Assembly: GCA_050084985.1 (NCBI GenBank)
Contig: JBITNC010000002.1
Span: 6,262,001-6,326,000 of the forward strand
Source of the DNA: Nageia nagi
Taxonomy: Eukaryota; Plantae; Pinophyta
DNA length: 64,000 nucleotides
Direction: 5' to 3'
The position numbers were made by a program, and so were the translations under genes. Below the pieces are notes generated by a model. It worked only from the letters and a program-made list of their open reading frames with translations, was not told the origin of the DNA and ran no database searches. Of this stretch, positions 1 to 13,149 are shown one piece after another. Within the stretch, counting starts at the first letter, position 1. Every line of letters begins with the position of its first letter.

Positions 1-2275
1 GGTTTTGGGGTTGTAAAGCCTATATGCTTTCCTCTCATCACTGTATCCAATGAACACACATGGTTCACTCTTTGCATCCAACTTTTTCTATGCTCCTTTG
101 GCACATGAGCATATGCCAAACACCCAAAAACTCTGAAATGCCGAACAGTAGGCTTCTTATCATACCAAGCCTCATAGGGGGTCTTGCCATCAACGGCACT
201 AGTGGAACACCTATTCAAGATGTAGTTTGTTGTCTTTACTGCTTCATCCCAATACATGTAATGCAATTTTTTGGATTGCATCAAACATCTTGCCATCTCC
301 ATGAGAGTTCTATTCTTCCTCTCTGCCACACCATTTTGTTGAGGAGTATAGGCTGTAGTAAACTGTCTTTTGATGCCATTTTGCTTGAAAAACTTAGAAA
401 AAATAGTAGAAGAATACTCTCCTCCTCTATCACTCCTCACACATTTAATCTTATGTTCACATTCATTCTCAACCATCTCTTTGAATTCTTTAAAAAACTC
501 AAATGCTTCATCTTTATGCTTCAAAAAATAGACCCAACTCATTCTACTAAAATCATCAATGAAGGTGAGAAAATAAGAACTCATACCAAGACTTTTGTTT
601 TGCATTCGTCCACATAAATCAGTATGAACCAACTGTAGTGGGAATGAGGCCCTCCATGCTTTCCCATGATCAAATTTCTGCCTTGTTTGCTTGCCCAACA
701 CACAACCTTCACAAACTGATTTTGGATTTTCAACAAGAGGTAAACCATGAACTAGCTCATGAGATAGTTTCAAACTACTAAAATTTACATGTCCAAATCT
801 AAGATGCCATAACCAGGACTCATCTTTAACAGCCACATTTGCAAGAATATTATCCCCCTTTTCTCCAAGTTTCAATGGGAATAAATGATTTGGAGACATT
901 TTAACAGTAGAAACTAACTTATGCCCATGGTTCTTATCAAAAATTTCACACTTACCCTCATCAAAGACTAGCTTATAGTTATTTTCCAACATTTTCCCAA
1001 TACTCAACAAACTATGAGCCATATCCGGAGTGTGATACACATTATGCATCTTCTTCATCCCATGCTTGGTAGGCACCTCAAGCATGCCTTTGCCAGCCAC
1101 CTCAATTGTAGAATTATTACCAAGCTTGATACTTGACTTGTAGGAATGGTCCATGGATGAAAGTAGCTCCCCCTTATCGGTCATATGGTTTGAACATCCA
1201 GAGTCCAACAACCAAGTCTCCTCTTATTTTGTTTCAGCCATATTGGCTGTCTCCTCCATGGAAAGAAAGAGAGTTTCACCATACTCTTCTTCCTCTCCAA
1301 AATTTGCCACTTTTCCATCACCATTTGTCGCTTGTTTTGCTCTACACTCCCTCTCATAATGCCCATACTTGTTGCAATAGTAACATTGAGCATTACTCTT
1401 GTCACCATTGCTTCTACCTCTTCCTCTTATGCTGGAATAGCCTCCTCTTCCTCTACCTCTACCTCTCCCTCTTTGCTAGCCTCTACCTCTGCCTCTACCT
1501 TGTCCATTTGAGCTAGAATCACCTTCTTTTGTAGCAAAGGCTTTCTCCTCTTTACTGGATTGGACTGGTTCATCATCAACCATTTCTTCATGAGACATAA
1601 GGCAGCCAATGAGAGAATCTATCTCCATTTGAGAGAGGTCTTTTGTCTCCATCAATATCACAACAATGTGATGCCACTTCTTGGTAAGAGATCTCAGAAT
1701 TTTTTTGATTACAATGGCCTTCTCCAAGGTCTCTCCAAGAGTTAGCATTTTTTTCACAATCTCTTTCACTCTAACACAATAATCTAAAGCTTTTTCACTC
1801 TCCTTCATTTTAAATTCTCAAATTCTATCCTTAGAATCTGCAATTTTACCTCCTTCACTTGATCACTCCCTTGGAATCCTGCCTTCAACACAGCCCAAGC
1901 CTCTTTGGCTATCTTGCAGCCTGTAATTCTTGGAAAAATGCTCCTATCAAGAGCTTCTTGGAGATGAGACAAGGCAAGAGAGTTCTTGCTCCTACATTCC
2001 TTCATAGCTTTCTTATCTTCTGCTGAAAGAGAGCTCCAATCTGCTGGCTCTACATAGCCATCATCAACAACATCCCACAAATCTTTGCCAGTGAGCAAAG
2101 TTTGTATCTTGATGCTCCAATATCCATAGTCACTGCCATCAAACTCTGGAATGGGAATGGATGAGCTTGTGTTGCTGGCCATTATACCTACAAACAAGAA
2201 ACCAAAACACTACAAGCAACTTTTGCAATTGCTAGAAGCCACAGGCTTTCTCAAACCCAGCTTAGACCCAACAAA

Positions 2276-2287
2276 GCTCTGATACTA
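2276..2287 (-). promoter_or_regulatory. Primer-binding site complementary to tRNA-iMet
   Basis: Minus strand reads TAGTATCAGAGC, one mismatch from the canonical TGGTATCAGAGC, between the LTR end and gag. Confidence 0.85.
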
Positions 2288-2289
2288 AA

Positions 2290-2634
2290 TGAAGAAGTTT
2301 GACCATTACATAATATTGGAATATTAGATAACAAATTGCATTAACTGAACTTACTATAGAGCAAGATTACAATCTTGAGCTTCAAAAAACATTTCTGGAG
2401 CTCATCTGGAACTCGTCTGGAGCTAGTCTGGAGCTCATCTGGAGCTCGTCTGGAGCTCATCTGGAGTTCATCTGGAGCTCGTCTGGAGCTAGTATAAAGT
2501 CCCTTTTCTCATGCTCCACTTAAGTTGGTTTGCTATTAAAGTATTTATAGCTCTCATCCACTACACCACCGCGACTGCATGCAAGCGGAACACATACAAA
2601 CGTTACGTTGTCCGGTATGTTCCCAACTACTTCA
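2290..2634 (-). repeat. 5' LTR (345 bp) of the copia element
   Basis: Ends TG...CA with a 9/10 inverted repeat (tgaagaagtt 2290-2299 / aactacttca 2625-2634); lies 2 nt from the PBS; minus-strand TATA (ctataaatac, 2541-2550). Confidence 0.85.
2394..2492. repeat. 11-bp tandem repeat x9 (TCTGGAGCTCA/G) inside the LTR
   Basis: Nine consecutive units read directly from the sequence. Confidence 0.95.
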
Positions 2635-3149
2635 TCAGATTAAACAGTTTTAGCATATTCTTGTTGTAGCCTCCAATCATAGCAACCCATTAAACTATGT
2701 AAGAAGGAAAGAAAACACCTCAGCCAGGTGAAGTGGAGTGAAACGAATTTGATGCTGAGTTGTCTACAAGATAATACCCATTTTAAGTGATATATCCTAC
2801 TATATGTAAATGCAGGAAAAGAATTTGTAGCACCACATAGAGCTATGAACTGTTTTCCTACTACATACATTGAGACATGCACTAACCCCAAAAAAATATC
2901 TAAAATGTATTCAAAATTCTATTTGAAAAACTCCAATATTGTAATTTAGTTAGAGATGTTATAGAAAAAAACTAACTATTTAAAATGGAGAAACTATACC
3001 TATTTTGCTATTTATATATGTATCAATATTAATTTCTTATGCATAACCTATCATTCATAAAAACATAGGCATTTATGAATGGTAGTTGTATGAAAATATA
3101 TTCTATATGTGTATTGACAAGATAATTATGATGGAATTATACCCATATC

Positions 3150-3437
3150 AAATGACAAAACTAAGCCTATGTTGGATGATAAGGTTAAGAAAATTTTGAA
3201 TGATAAGGTAATAGCCATGTCAAATGATAAGGCAAAGGCCATGTTGAATGATAAGGCCAAGGCTTTTTTTTTTAAACCAAATATATGTGATATTAAGGTA
3301 TGAAAGATAAGAATAGTCTAACGATAATAAAAATTTAAAATTTGGACAAAATATTTTCTAAAAAAGGGATCTACAAGGATGTTTCAATCAATACTGAAAA
3401 TTATTAATATTTAATTATCCTTATCTTGCACATCTTA

Positions 3438-3477
<40 letters not shown>

Positions 3478-4140
3478 ATATATAATAATTACTATCCTTT
3501 ACCTTTTGATATTTGTAGAATTGAAATTCATTTGGAGATGTTGTAGTGAAAAATTACTATTTGAAATGAAAAAAAGCATAGTTATTTTACCTATTTATAG
3601 ATGTAGTAATAATTATTTTGCATGTATGAGCTACCATTAAAGAAAAAAATTATCATTATAATTTATAGTTATATGAGAAGATATCACACATGTATATAGA
3701 TAAGATAATTATTCCAATAGTATTCCCTTATTGTCTTACATAGCCTTGACCTTATCGTTCAAGATGACCTTGGCCTTATCGTCCAACATGGTCTTGGCCT
3801 TTTCATGAACAACATGATCTTGTCCTTATCATTCACTATGGCATTAAGCCTATTTTTTAATTTAGTGTTGGTCTTATCATTCGATATGGCCTTGGTCTTA
3901 TCATTCAAGATGGCCTTGATATTACTATTTGATATGGCCTTGGCCTTGTTATATTTGAAATGGCCTTAGCAATGTTATTCAATATGTTCTTAGCTTTATC
4001 ATTTAATATAACCTTAGCCTTTTTATTCTATATGACCAACAATAATGCTAAGGTCATGTCAAATGTCAAGGTTATTTTTATGTCAAACGATAAGAAAAAG
4101 ACCATATCGAATGATAAGGCCAAGAACATATCATTTGACA
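3150..4140. repeat. Degenerate ~21-bp repeat arrays (GCCTTGRCCTTATCATTCRAYAT-like) in alternating orientation, plus a ~200-bp direct duplication (~2945-3150 / ~3530-3730)
   Basis: gataagg...aggcc units at 3160-3265 and 4040-4140; ggcctt...ccttatc units at 3740-4020; the same units recur at ~6510-6600. Confidence 0.75.
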
Positions 4141-4549
4141 TGAGTAAATCCTTTTTTGTGAATATTTTCATAAAATATAGAAATATTTATGATCTATACA
4201 ATATAGAAAAAAATTACATTAAAATATAAGAAAAAATAAATAGATGAAAAATATAAATTGGTTGAAAATAAAAATTACTATAATGAAAATAGTTTGAAAC
4301 TAAAAATACTCATTAAGAAAAAATTTTGATAAAATCCATTAAAATTATAATACATGCTCAACTTTAAATATTAAGATATCTATTATTATAAAAAATTGAA
4401 TTTGAAACTTTGATGAAATTAGATACACTTAAACTACACGTGGTAAAAATAATAGGATAAATTTGACAAAATTTATAATACTTTTTCAACTCAAAATATC
4501 TATGATACCTAAAATAATTATAAAATTAAAATGAAATAGAAAATTAAAA

Positions 4550-6300
4550 TTCAATGTTTAGTAACTCCCAATATTGTTGCTCATCTTCATTATCAACATT
4601 ACTATGTCTAGTAGATGTTTATATTTATAATGTTTGTTTCTTTGAATATTAATTAACAAAGCCTAAATGTTCTAAGTTTATCGTATTATTAGTGATATCT
4701 CTTTTATTTGTAAAACTCTTTCATACTACTAAAATCCTTGTGTAAGGAAATTAGTTTAGATTATAATGTGAAATATACAAATTGTTAAATAATTTTTTTA
4801 ATTTTTTATCTAATATATTATAAAGTGTAGATTTTACAAAATTTAATTCACTAAAAACCCTTTCATCCTCTATAAATCTCAAGATCATTGTCTCACACAA
4901 ATTGGTTAGTGCAAAATATTTACTTATTATGTCATGTAAGATACTACTCATATCTAATTTCCTCCATAATCATATTATAGCACCACATTTTATATGATCA
5001 TTCATTAACTTGTTCCATCATTGTTAAAGTAAAAGAGTTGATTGAACCTTCAAATGTTCAACATTTAAAATAGTTTGAATCTTATTGTTATTTACCTCAA
5101 CCATTTTACATAAATGCTTAGCTAAAGAAATCAAACTTTTATTATACATAAACTTCATATTTTCTATTTTTTCTAGGGTTAAATGTCAAAAATTGGGGCA
5201 CACTATAGCCATGGCCATAAGCAACTCATCTCTTTCAAAATGGTCTCATATTTCCCTTGTTAAATATTGAGCAAATTTTTGAAACTCTACAAATATTTTT
5301 GGATCGTTGGAAATTAAGATGTATTCAATCCGTAAAATATTCAACATTTGCAAAATTGCTAAAATTACTAATGATTTTATATACAAAATTCATTCTATGA
5401 GTCATGCAATGCATAGGTATCATATGTGGTAAAATTGAAGTTTGAATTCAAACACATATAGTATTATTGTGACCTTTCATCATAACCACTCCACCAATTC
5501 TAACACAAATCAACTTAGTTGTTATTGCATGACCATCCATTCCAATTATATCTTTCAATCCTTTTACAAAAAAATTGAAAATTCTTTTTAGAATTACAAT
5601 TCTCCACCATTTTGTGTACTACAAATATTTTTAGAATGTTGAATACAATAACAAACTAAATAGTCTTGGACAATAGAATGGATTTCAAAAGTTTTCAAAA
5701 TTGAACAGAAATTGTATATCCCAAGAATCATTTTTTTATTCTTCTTAGCTTCATATTCCTTTGCATATTTTGGATAAAGGCATTCAAGATCATTCTTCTA
5801 CCTCATGATTATAATCTTGTTTCCATTTGACTAAGTTACTAACTTATACACTTTTTTACAATATTTTTCAATTGTATCTAGCTTGAGATGAAGTTAAAGA
5901 TGCTTCTCTAGTTTTCAACTATAAATGATGCATTGACATTCAATTAAAGGCTCATCAATACTTTGTAGCTCTATCAATTCAATAAAAATAAATTGTAATA
6001 ATCATTTAAGCTTAAAATTCCTTCCAAATGTCTATTTACATAGCTTCATCCTCTTCCAAATTTTTGTCTAACATATTGCAATGCATTTCTAGATTCTTTT
6101 GTAGTTCTCATATCTTGATTATGCTTTGATTTATTTTCAAATATTATTGGTGGGTATGTCAATCTGATTATGGTTGTCTTCCTCATAAGCAATGTCTTCA
6201 AGAAGTAGCATTTTAGCTTCTATTTGTATTTTTCATTTTCTATTGGTGTCTCTGCATGCAAGAACTTTTATCAATTTAAAATTTATACATAAAAATTTAA
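4550..6300 (-). mobile_element. Decayed hAT-family transposase remnant
   Basis: Minus-strand ILRFIEDERVFSELNFVKSTLYNILDKKL resembles the hAT C-terminal dimerisation motif (S.EDER.FS...K...RNRL); upstream LMAMAIVCPNF; many stops; flanked on both sides by the 21-bp repeats. Confidence 0.6.
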
Positions 6301-7573
6301 AAAAAAAACTCACTCTTTATACATTGGTACCTATGAATTTGATGGATTGTTAGTTAAAATATGATAAAATAATTTTTTTTTCTCTTCAATGTCAATTGGT
6401 TTGTTCTATTTCCATTAATAGAACCTATAATATTTTCTACAACTCAATAAAATTAAATAGATGTATGATTATAGTTATGGACTACATGAATGAAAGTCCT
6501 CATATATGGTTTCGACCTTGTCATTTGATATGCCTTCAGCCTTATAATTTGATATGGCTCTGACTTTATCATTCGATACAGCTTTAACCTTATTTCTTGA
6601 TATTTTTCATTGCTATAACAATTTTTAAAATTAAAATTTATCTATGGTGGGGCATACCTTGTCGTTATCTTATTGTGATGGAGATTTTTAACTATAAGAG
6701 GATGAGTTTGCTTCAAAATTGATTCTCACAACTAGTTGCTCTGGTTGTAGATCAAATCACTTTTTGAAATATTATATCGCATTTAATTTATATATGATGG
6801 GATACAAGTGACAATGTTTTCAAAATAATTGATATTTTCTAATTTCATGGTTAAATGGGTCAAAATTTATATTTTTAGAAAAGCTATTTATATTGTCAAC
6901 AAGTATACAACTATAATTATTATAAACCATTAGTAAAACTACTATGTATTTAATATTATTCCTTAAAATTACGATGAGAAGATAAAATGAAAATACATAA
7001 AACTTGTTTCCAAGGGGACATCGAACTCGTGAGGTCCATGGCTAAACGTTGGGAGGTCCCATGTTCAAATCACTCAATATGTTGTAGTACTTGTCATGAT
7101 ATATTGTAGTACTTGTCATGCATGCATGATTGATTTAAATGTAAAATGGTTACGAATTTCCAAAAAAATCTATCCTCTAACATTACCCAAATAAATATAT
7201 ATATATATATATATATGTATCACTAAAATGAAAATTTGTAAAATACTAATTTTTTTAGGGAATGTTTTAATGCTTTTCACAAGCGTAAAATTAAAGACAA
7301 AATTCTAACCTGAACACATCTTTCCCACCAAAACTAGTGCTACCTATTGACCAACTGTTGGGATTCTTGCACGGCCCACAAAATTTCAATTCCTAGGAAA
7401 AAACCTGGAATGCCCAATTTTTTGGGATAATCAATCGTGGAAAAAAGTATGAACAAATGCTGGTGCTTGTGCTGCTATGGTGATGGACGACAGCGGGTCA
7501 GGAATAAAGAATTAGACCACGCATAACATAAACCATTCACATGCTCACAGGACGGTGGAAGGAGACAACTCTA

Positions 7574-7588
7574 CGCGGTCTTATCTGG
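7574..7588 (+). promoter_or_regulatory. Conserved promoter element CGCGGTCTTATCTGG, copy A
   Basis: Identical 15-mer 134-152 nt upstream of all three bHLH start codons; contains a CGCG box and GATAAG on the opposite strand. Confidence 0.7.
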
Positions 7589-7707
7589 ACCTGGTTGTTC
7601 TTAAAGCTCTCGAATCCCTATCAAAACCGTCAGTAGTCTTTACAGGGAGGCGACTATCTGGATTCTGGGCATTACAGAGGTTTTTTCCAGTTTAAAGGAA
7701 TTAAAAA

Positions 7708-8178
7708 ATGGAATCGTTCGATTATCTGAACAGTGTAGCGCTGGAGGATTTGGAGATGAGTATGATGGAAGCGAGGAGCGGCCTCTATTCCATGAATGCC
7801 CTTCAACACTATTCTTCTTCTTCCAACAATAACACGAACGTTAGTGCGCTTACCAGTTCTATTCATGTCTGTGATGGGGACGCCGTGAGCTTTACAACTA
7901 GTGTGAATTCGAGTCACCAAGAACTGCACGGACTGTGGAAAAATGGGGATTCTTCCTCCGCATTTTCGTTCGAGATCGATGGCAAAAAAGGAGGAAAGAG
8001 GAAGGGGGTTGCGACTAAGGAAGAGGATGGCTGCTTTTCTGGGGAGAGCGATCGGTGCGAGGAGGGTATGACGAAGTGCGATGCGGCTGTTAAAAACTTG
8101 GTATCTGAGAGGAATCGCCGCAGGAAACTGAATGAGAGGCTTTACGCCTTGCGCTCTGTTGTTCCTTTCATCACCAAG
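7708..8178 (+). CDS. bHLH transcription factor first exon A (N-terminus + basic region + helix 1; 157 codons); no exon 2 of its own
   Basis: Intact ORF MESFDY...KNLVSERNRRRKLNERLYALRSVVPFITK followed by AAG|GTAAGA phase-0 donor; paralogous to exons B and C. Confidence 0.85.
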
Positions 8179-10544
8179 GTAAGAAAACAAAAAACCCATT
8201 TAGTCTGCAGATTCCAACTCTTCTCTCAAGGAAAACTAATCTAATCTGCATTCATATCAATACTTAATATCTAAAACTTTGACAGGGTAGATTTCTTTCG
8301 ATTTAGATGGAGATTACAGGGATTATTAGAGTCTCATCTGAATGTGAAATTCCAACCTGATTCGTACAAATAATCTGTGGAACTGTTAAAACTCAAACGC
8401 AACAGTAACTGTCCATCTATTCGGTATAATTTGATCTTCGTATGTTACACATTGCATAGTTCCTTTGCTGTCTTCTTAAATTATAAGAAACGCTACAGAC
8501 TTTCTAAATATATTATTTAGATTTTTACTCTATTTTTTTATTATGAGTTATAAATTTGTGTGGGGAATTGACATTTGTTATATGTTACATATCTACTGCA
8601 TACTATAAGGGAGAATTGAATATGGAATCTCTCGCTATCCACTTGAAAGTTTTCAACTAACCCTTTTTCCAACTCCACTACACATGTTAGATTTTGTTCT
8701 ACTTTTTCAAAAATTTAGTAATATTACTTTTAAAAAAAAATTGACCTTTTTTTTTTATAGAAATGTGATTTTATATAGAATTGATAAATATAGTAATAGT
8801 ATTGTAATATGTAAAAACAATTAAATATGTTTTTAAATAATTTTAATTATGATATTAAAATTTATTATTTTTATCATTCATATATATATATAGATAATTT
8901 TGACAACTTATTGGTATAGTAATGAACATCATTAATGTTATTTTTAAACTTTATTTTCAATTATCTTAGAAACATTTTTTTAGGTTATTGAAGAAAACAA
9001 ACTACAATGCTAAAACTTGTACATGTGAACTTGGTAAGCCCTTGTATATGTGAATTTGTATATGTAGTAAGATTTTAAAACTTGTTTATAAAGTTTAAGA
9101 GAGTGTTAGAAAATTTTATTGAATAGAAAATGCATTGCAAATGGGATGGGGGTTGGGTTTGACTGTTGGGTCAATTTGATGAAAGACAACCACCTAGATA
9201 TGAAATCTAGTTTAAAGGAAAAAAAAAATTCTTGAAGGATGATTTCCTCTCATACATACATATATATATATACTAAGCATGATTATTATGATGATAATGA
9301 ATCTCATAAAAATTATAGTTCAAAAAGGAAAGATATTTCTTATGAAATTGGATATTGAATACATATGTATTTAGTAAGGGAAAAAATTACAATTTCATAA
9401 AGTTTTATGGTAGAATATTTAGTTTTAGTGTTTGTCTTAAGAAAAGTATTTAGTTTAAAGCCTACCTTTTAATGAGAAACATTCTAGGGTAATTTTAAGA
9501 GATGCAAGGTCATTGTATGGAACATAGGACTATTTCAAGAAACATAAGACTAGTCCAAAATTTATATAGACATTGCAATATTTGGTTTTAAAGGATGATT
9601 TTGACTTTTATACTTAATTCAATTTTCTAGAATTTTTATTTTTTAGTTCAAAATTACTTTAAATGGTAAGTAGGTTAGATCTAAGATAAATGCATTATAT
9701 AACCCTTTAATATATAATACACATTAGTAATGAAACTCAACTCAAATTTTTAGGGTTTTAACCAAGGGTGTAGATGTTTTCTAGGTATGTGAAGGTAGTC
9801 TCCTCAAGGGAGTATTCTTGATTTAGCTCAAGGCTAGAGGATACACTACATAAAATAGTTTTGATATACTCCCTTATATATCCAAAAAATGTCAAGAGAT
9901 ATCATTCCTGAGGTGCCTATTCCATTTCTTGGTATTGCGAATTATGATTTCGAATTGTGCTATGTTTGATCCACCTAATAATATTTATATAGTTTTTAAA
10001 TAATTTTTTGAAATCTATTATTCTTTTTTTTTTTTAAATAATAATGTTGATTTATTTTTTTTTTAATATTGAAGCTTGACATACATACTCACATGTGACA
10101 TTTTGGCTCTCCACTCCACCCCCGACTGCAGTTATAAGAACCTCTCTCGATGTTAATGAGTGGTTGCTTAGGGCTAAGGTTTAGCTCAAGGCTAAAGGAC
10201 TCTCTCAATATACATTAGGAAATCTATTTGTTTTTAATATCTAAGGTTAAGAAAACAAAACTTAAAACTATTTTTTTATTCACCATATTACTCAAAATAT
10301 AAAGGAAAAATATTAATTATATTTAAAATTAAGAAAAATATCCAAAATACTTCTATAATTTTATATAATATCAAAATTTATTTTTATTTAAAAAAAAATA
10401 CAATTTCAAAAACTCTTTAGATCTATTAAATCATATAAGATGCAAAGCCAAAAGTATACTCTACTAATTTTATTATGCATCCATTACTAATTTTATTATG
10501 CATCCATTATCTTCTTTAAAATTTAAATTTTCATAATATCCTAA

Positions 10545-10761
10545 ATTATTAAACTTAAATTTATTAGCTAATAAATTATTACAATGATTTGTAAAGTAAG
10601 AAAGAGAAAGTATTGTTTGACTGAGTGATTAAATGCTTTTCACGTTCATAATACCCTCAATTATTAAACTAAAATTTAGTAGCTAATAAATTATTACAAT
10701 GATTTGGAAAGTAAGAAAGAGAAAGTATTCGTTCGACTGAACGATTAAATGCTTTTCACGA
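10545..10761. repeat. ~115-bp tandem duplication upstream of exon B
   Basis: aattattaaac...tagctaataaattattacaatgattt...aaatgcttttcacg occurs twice (from ~10545 and ~10659). Confidence 0.9.
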
Positions 10762-11046
10762 GCATATCATTAAAAACAAAAAATCAATTCTATACGTATT
10801 TTCCACCCAAATTAATTAATCAAGCGACCGACGGTGCGGGCCATTGCAGAACCCACAAATGTCCTTCCCGCGGAGAAAAGAATTTGAGAATTCCGAATAC
10901 CCGTCTTCTTGGGATGATCAATCATGGAAATGCTTCCAGTGAGACTGCAGGTAATGAATAAAGTAGTAGAGCACGAGAATCACGAGCAGATCAATCATTC
11001 ACAATCCACCAACCAGAGTTCTCAATACTCATATTAGGAAAGTCTA

Positions 11047-11061
11047 CGCGGTCTTATCTGG
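11047..11061 (+). promoter_or_regulatory. Conserved promoter element CGCGGTCTTATCTGG, copy B
   Basis: Identical to copies at 7574 and 26988. Confidence 0.7.
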
Positions 11062-11198
11062 GCCAGGCTTTTTCTTATAGCAAGTCGAATCCATAGCAAT
11101 GTTCCACTTTATCAAAGCCATCGGTTCCCTCTACCGAGTGGCGATTATATCTGGGTTCTGGGTATTACAGAACTTTGCTATTTTGAGGTAAAGCAAAA

Positions 11199-11678
11199 AT
11201 GGAATCGTTTGATTATCTGAGCAGCGTATCGCTGCAGGATTTGGAGATGAGCATGATGGAAGTGAGCAGCGGCGTCTTCTCTGTCAATGCCCTTCAACAC
11301 TATTCTTCTTCTTCCAATACCATGCCTACCACTTCTATTCATATATGTGATGGGGACTCCATGAGCTTTACAACTAGTGTGAATTCGGGTTACCAAGAAC
11401 TGCACGGATTGTGGAAGAATGGGGATTCTTCCTCAGCATTTTCGTTCGAGATTGATGAAGGAAAAGGAATGGCGAAAGGAGGAATGACGAAGGGCGTTGC
11501 GAAGAAGCAAGAGGAGGACTGCTTTTCTGGGGAGAGCGATCGTGGTGAGGAGGAAATGAAGTGCTGGAATAAGAAACGCATGACGGAGGGCAAGAACGTC
11601 GTCTGCGAAAGACAGCGCCGTAGGAAACTCAATGAGAGGCTTTATGCATTGCGCTCCCTTGTTCCCTTCATCACCAAG
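11199..11678 (+). CDS. bHLH transcription factor first exon B (160 codons); no exon 2 of its own
   Basis: Intact ORF MESFDY...KNVVCERQRRRKLNERLYALRSLVPFITK followed by AAG|GTAAGA phase-0 donor. Confidence 0.85.
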
Positions 11679-12587
11679 GTAAGAGGCCAAAACCCATTTA
11701 AATAATTCGAGACTTGGGAGTGTATATAATATTGCAGTCCGTAGCTGCAGATTTTATTTCAGTTATGGCTATGGGCATCTGCATAAAACATGCCATTCTT
11801 TCAGAATAGGAAAACTAATCCAATCTGCATTCATATCAATAGTTAAATATACAAGAAACAATAAGAATGCTTATAATCTATGATATTATGAGATCTATAT
11901 AAGTCATGGATCACTTCTAGCATTCTAGGCTGAAAAAAAATTACTTGGTGTTGTCTTGAGGGTCTTTGTTAGATTCAGGGACAAACTGATCTTATTGTGT
12001 CAGTGTGATCATCCTCATATTTCCTAGTCGAACATCTTTCAGGTTAGAAGAAGGATAAGATGAATCTAAATGTGGTGGTCTTCTTTGAACTATTGCTGAG
12101 TAGGACTTTCCTAAGATTGAATATTTCTTGATGAAAGGGATAATGCATCTTTAGTCTTTATAATTGATTCATGATTTTAATGTATAAATTATCTGAATAA
12201 GTAATAATATCTACCATGTATTTAATATATTTAATAGTAAACAAAGCAAATGAAAATAAAATGTTCTTTGGATTCTATCTTAACATTGAATAATCTACAG
12301 ATATACTACTTCTAAAAAAGTATTGATTTATTTCAATATGTAATTGATGAGAGTAAACTCTTAGCTGAACTAGAAGAAATCTGAGAATAAACAAAATGAA
12401 ACACAACCCACAAGAAAGTTAACTTTTAAGGTCCTTATTCTTACATGAATATGGAAATGGTAACTAGTATTACATTTATTTTGACTACTCATCCAAGTTC
12501 CAACTGAGGATAACCAGTATTTATTTTGACTAATATTCAACTGAGGATAACCATTTCGCTTTCCAGGTAGCATTTTCTGGTGCATCT

Positions 12588-12675
12588 TGAAGATTGTAGG
12601 GTTTATCAGAGTCTCCTCTGAACTTCCAATCTGAAGATTGTAGGGTTTATCAGAGTCTACTCTGAACTTCCAATT
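12588..12675. repeat. 44-bp tandem duplication within the conserved intronic block of copy B
   Basis: tgaagattgtagggtttatcagagtct(c/a)ctctgaacttccaat x2. Confidence 0.95.
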
Positions 12676-13149
12676 TAATTCGTACATAAATAATCTCTAA
12701 AACTGTTAGAAGTAGCCATCTTTCGTACATCAAATGCAACAGTAAACTGTAAATATGATTTGATCTTAGTATGTTTACGCATAGTATAGAGTCTTAAAGC
12801 ATAAAATAGTTTTTTTTTTTTTTTTTTTCAATTAAGTTGCATAGTTTCTATTTGACGGAATAGATACGCCATTAAAAGCAGTTTTTACATTTTTTTTTTT
12901 TGCCCTTATCAAAATAAATAAAAAGAAATTTATTTTAACATTCTTAAATTCAATTATTTGGAAGATCTATCAAAATTAATAGTATATATAATATTTATGT
13001 AATTAAATTGCTCTTTCTAAAAAATAAGATTCATAATAAAATAATTGAGTTTGGGATATTTATAAAAAAAAAACTTCATAAAGTAAGAAATTATAAAAAT
13101 GGTCTTGTATCATCTTAAGTCATAACTACATTTATATTGTTTGTTGGGC

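Larger units (their letters stand above)
1..2634 (-). mobile_element. Ty1/copia LTR retrotransposon, 5' half (LTR-PBS-gag-protease-integrase), running off the left window edge
   Basis: Minus-strand translation gives copia gag (IPEFDGSDYGYWSIK..., UBN2-like), zinc knuckle QCYYCNKYGHYEREC (~1350-1395), protease WLLDSGCSNHMT (~1180-1220), pre-integrase WHLRFGHVN (~780-810) and integrase LVHTDLCG...SDRGGEY...YTPQQNGVAERKNRT...FRVFGC. Domain order is copia-type; there are frameshifts in gag (~1805, ~1410-1600). Confidence 0.96.

Noticed and set aside
60-1745. Plus-strand ORFs (60-617, 1133-1516, 1153-1359, 1560-1745)
   Set aside because: Antisense shadows of the copia gag-pol on the minus strand.
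2394-2492. Short repeat array as a possible CRISPR
   Set aside because: Contiguous units with no spacers, inside a plant LTR; no cas genes.
7672-8199. Minus-strand ORFs overlapping the bHLH first exons (also 11178-11690 and 27363-27686)
   Set aside because: Antisense shadows of GC-richer coding exons; their extent is not conserved across the three copies.
8179-8244. ORF-track C-terminal tails of the bHLH ORFs (VRKQKTH..., VRGQNPFK, VRKQKPI)
   Set aside because: Read-through into intron 1 past a canonical GTAAGA donor at the conserved bHLH loop intron position.
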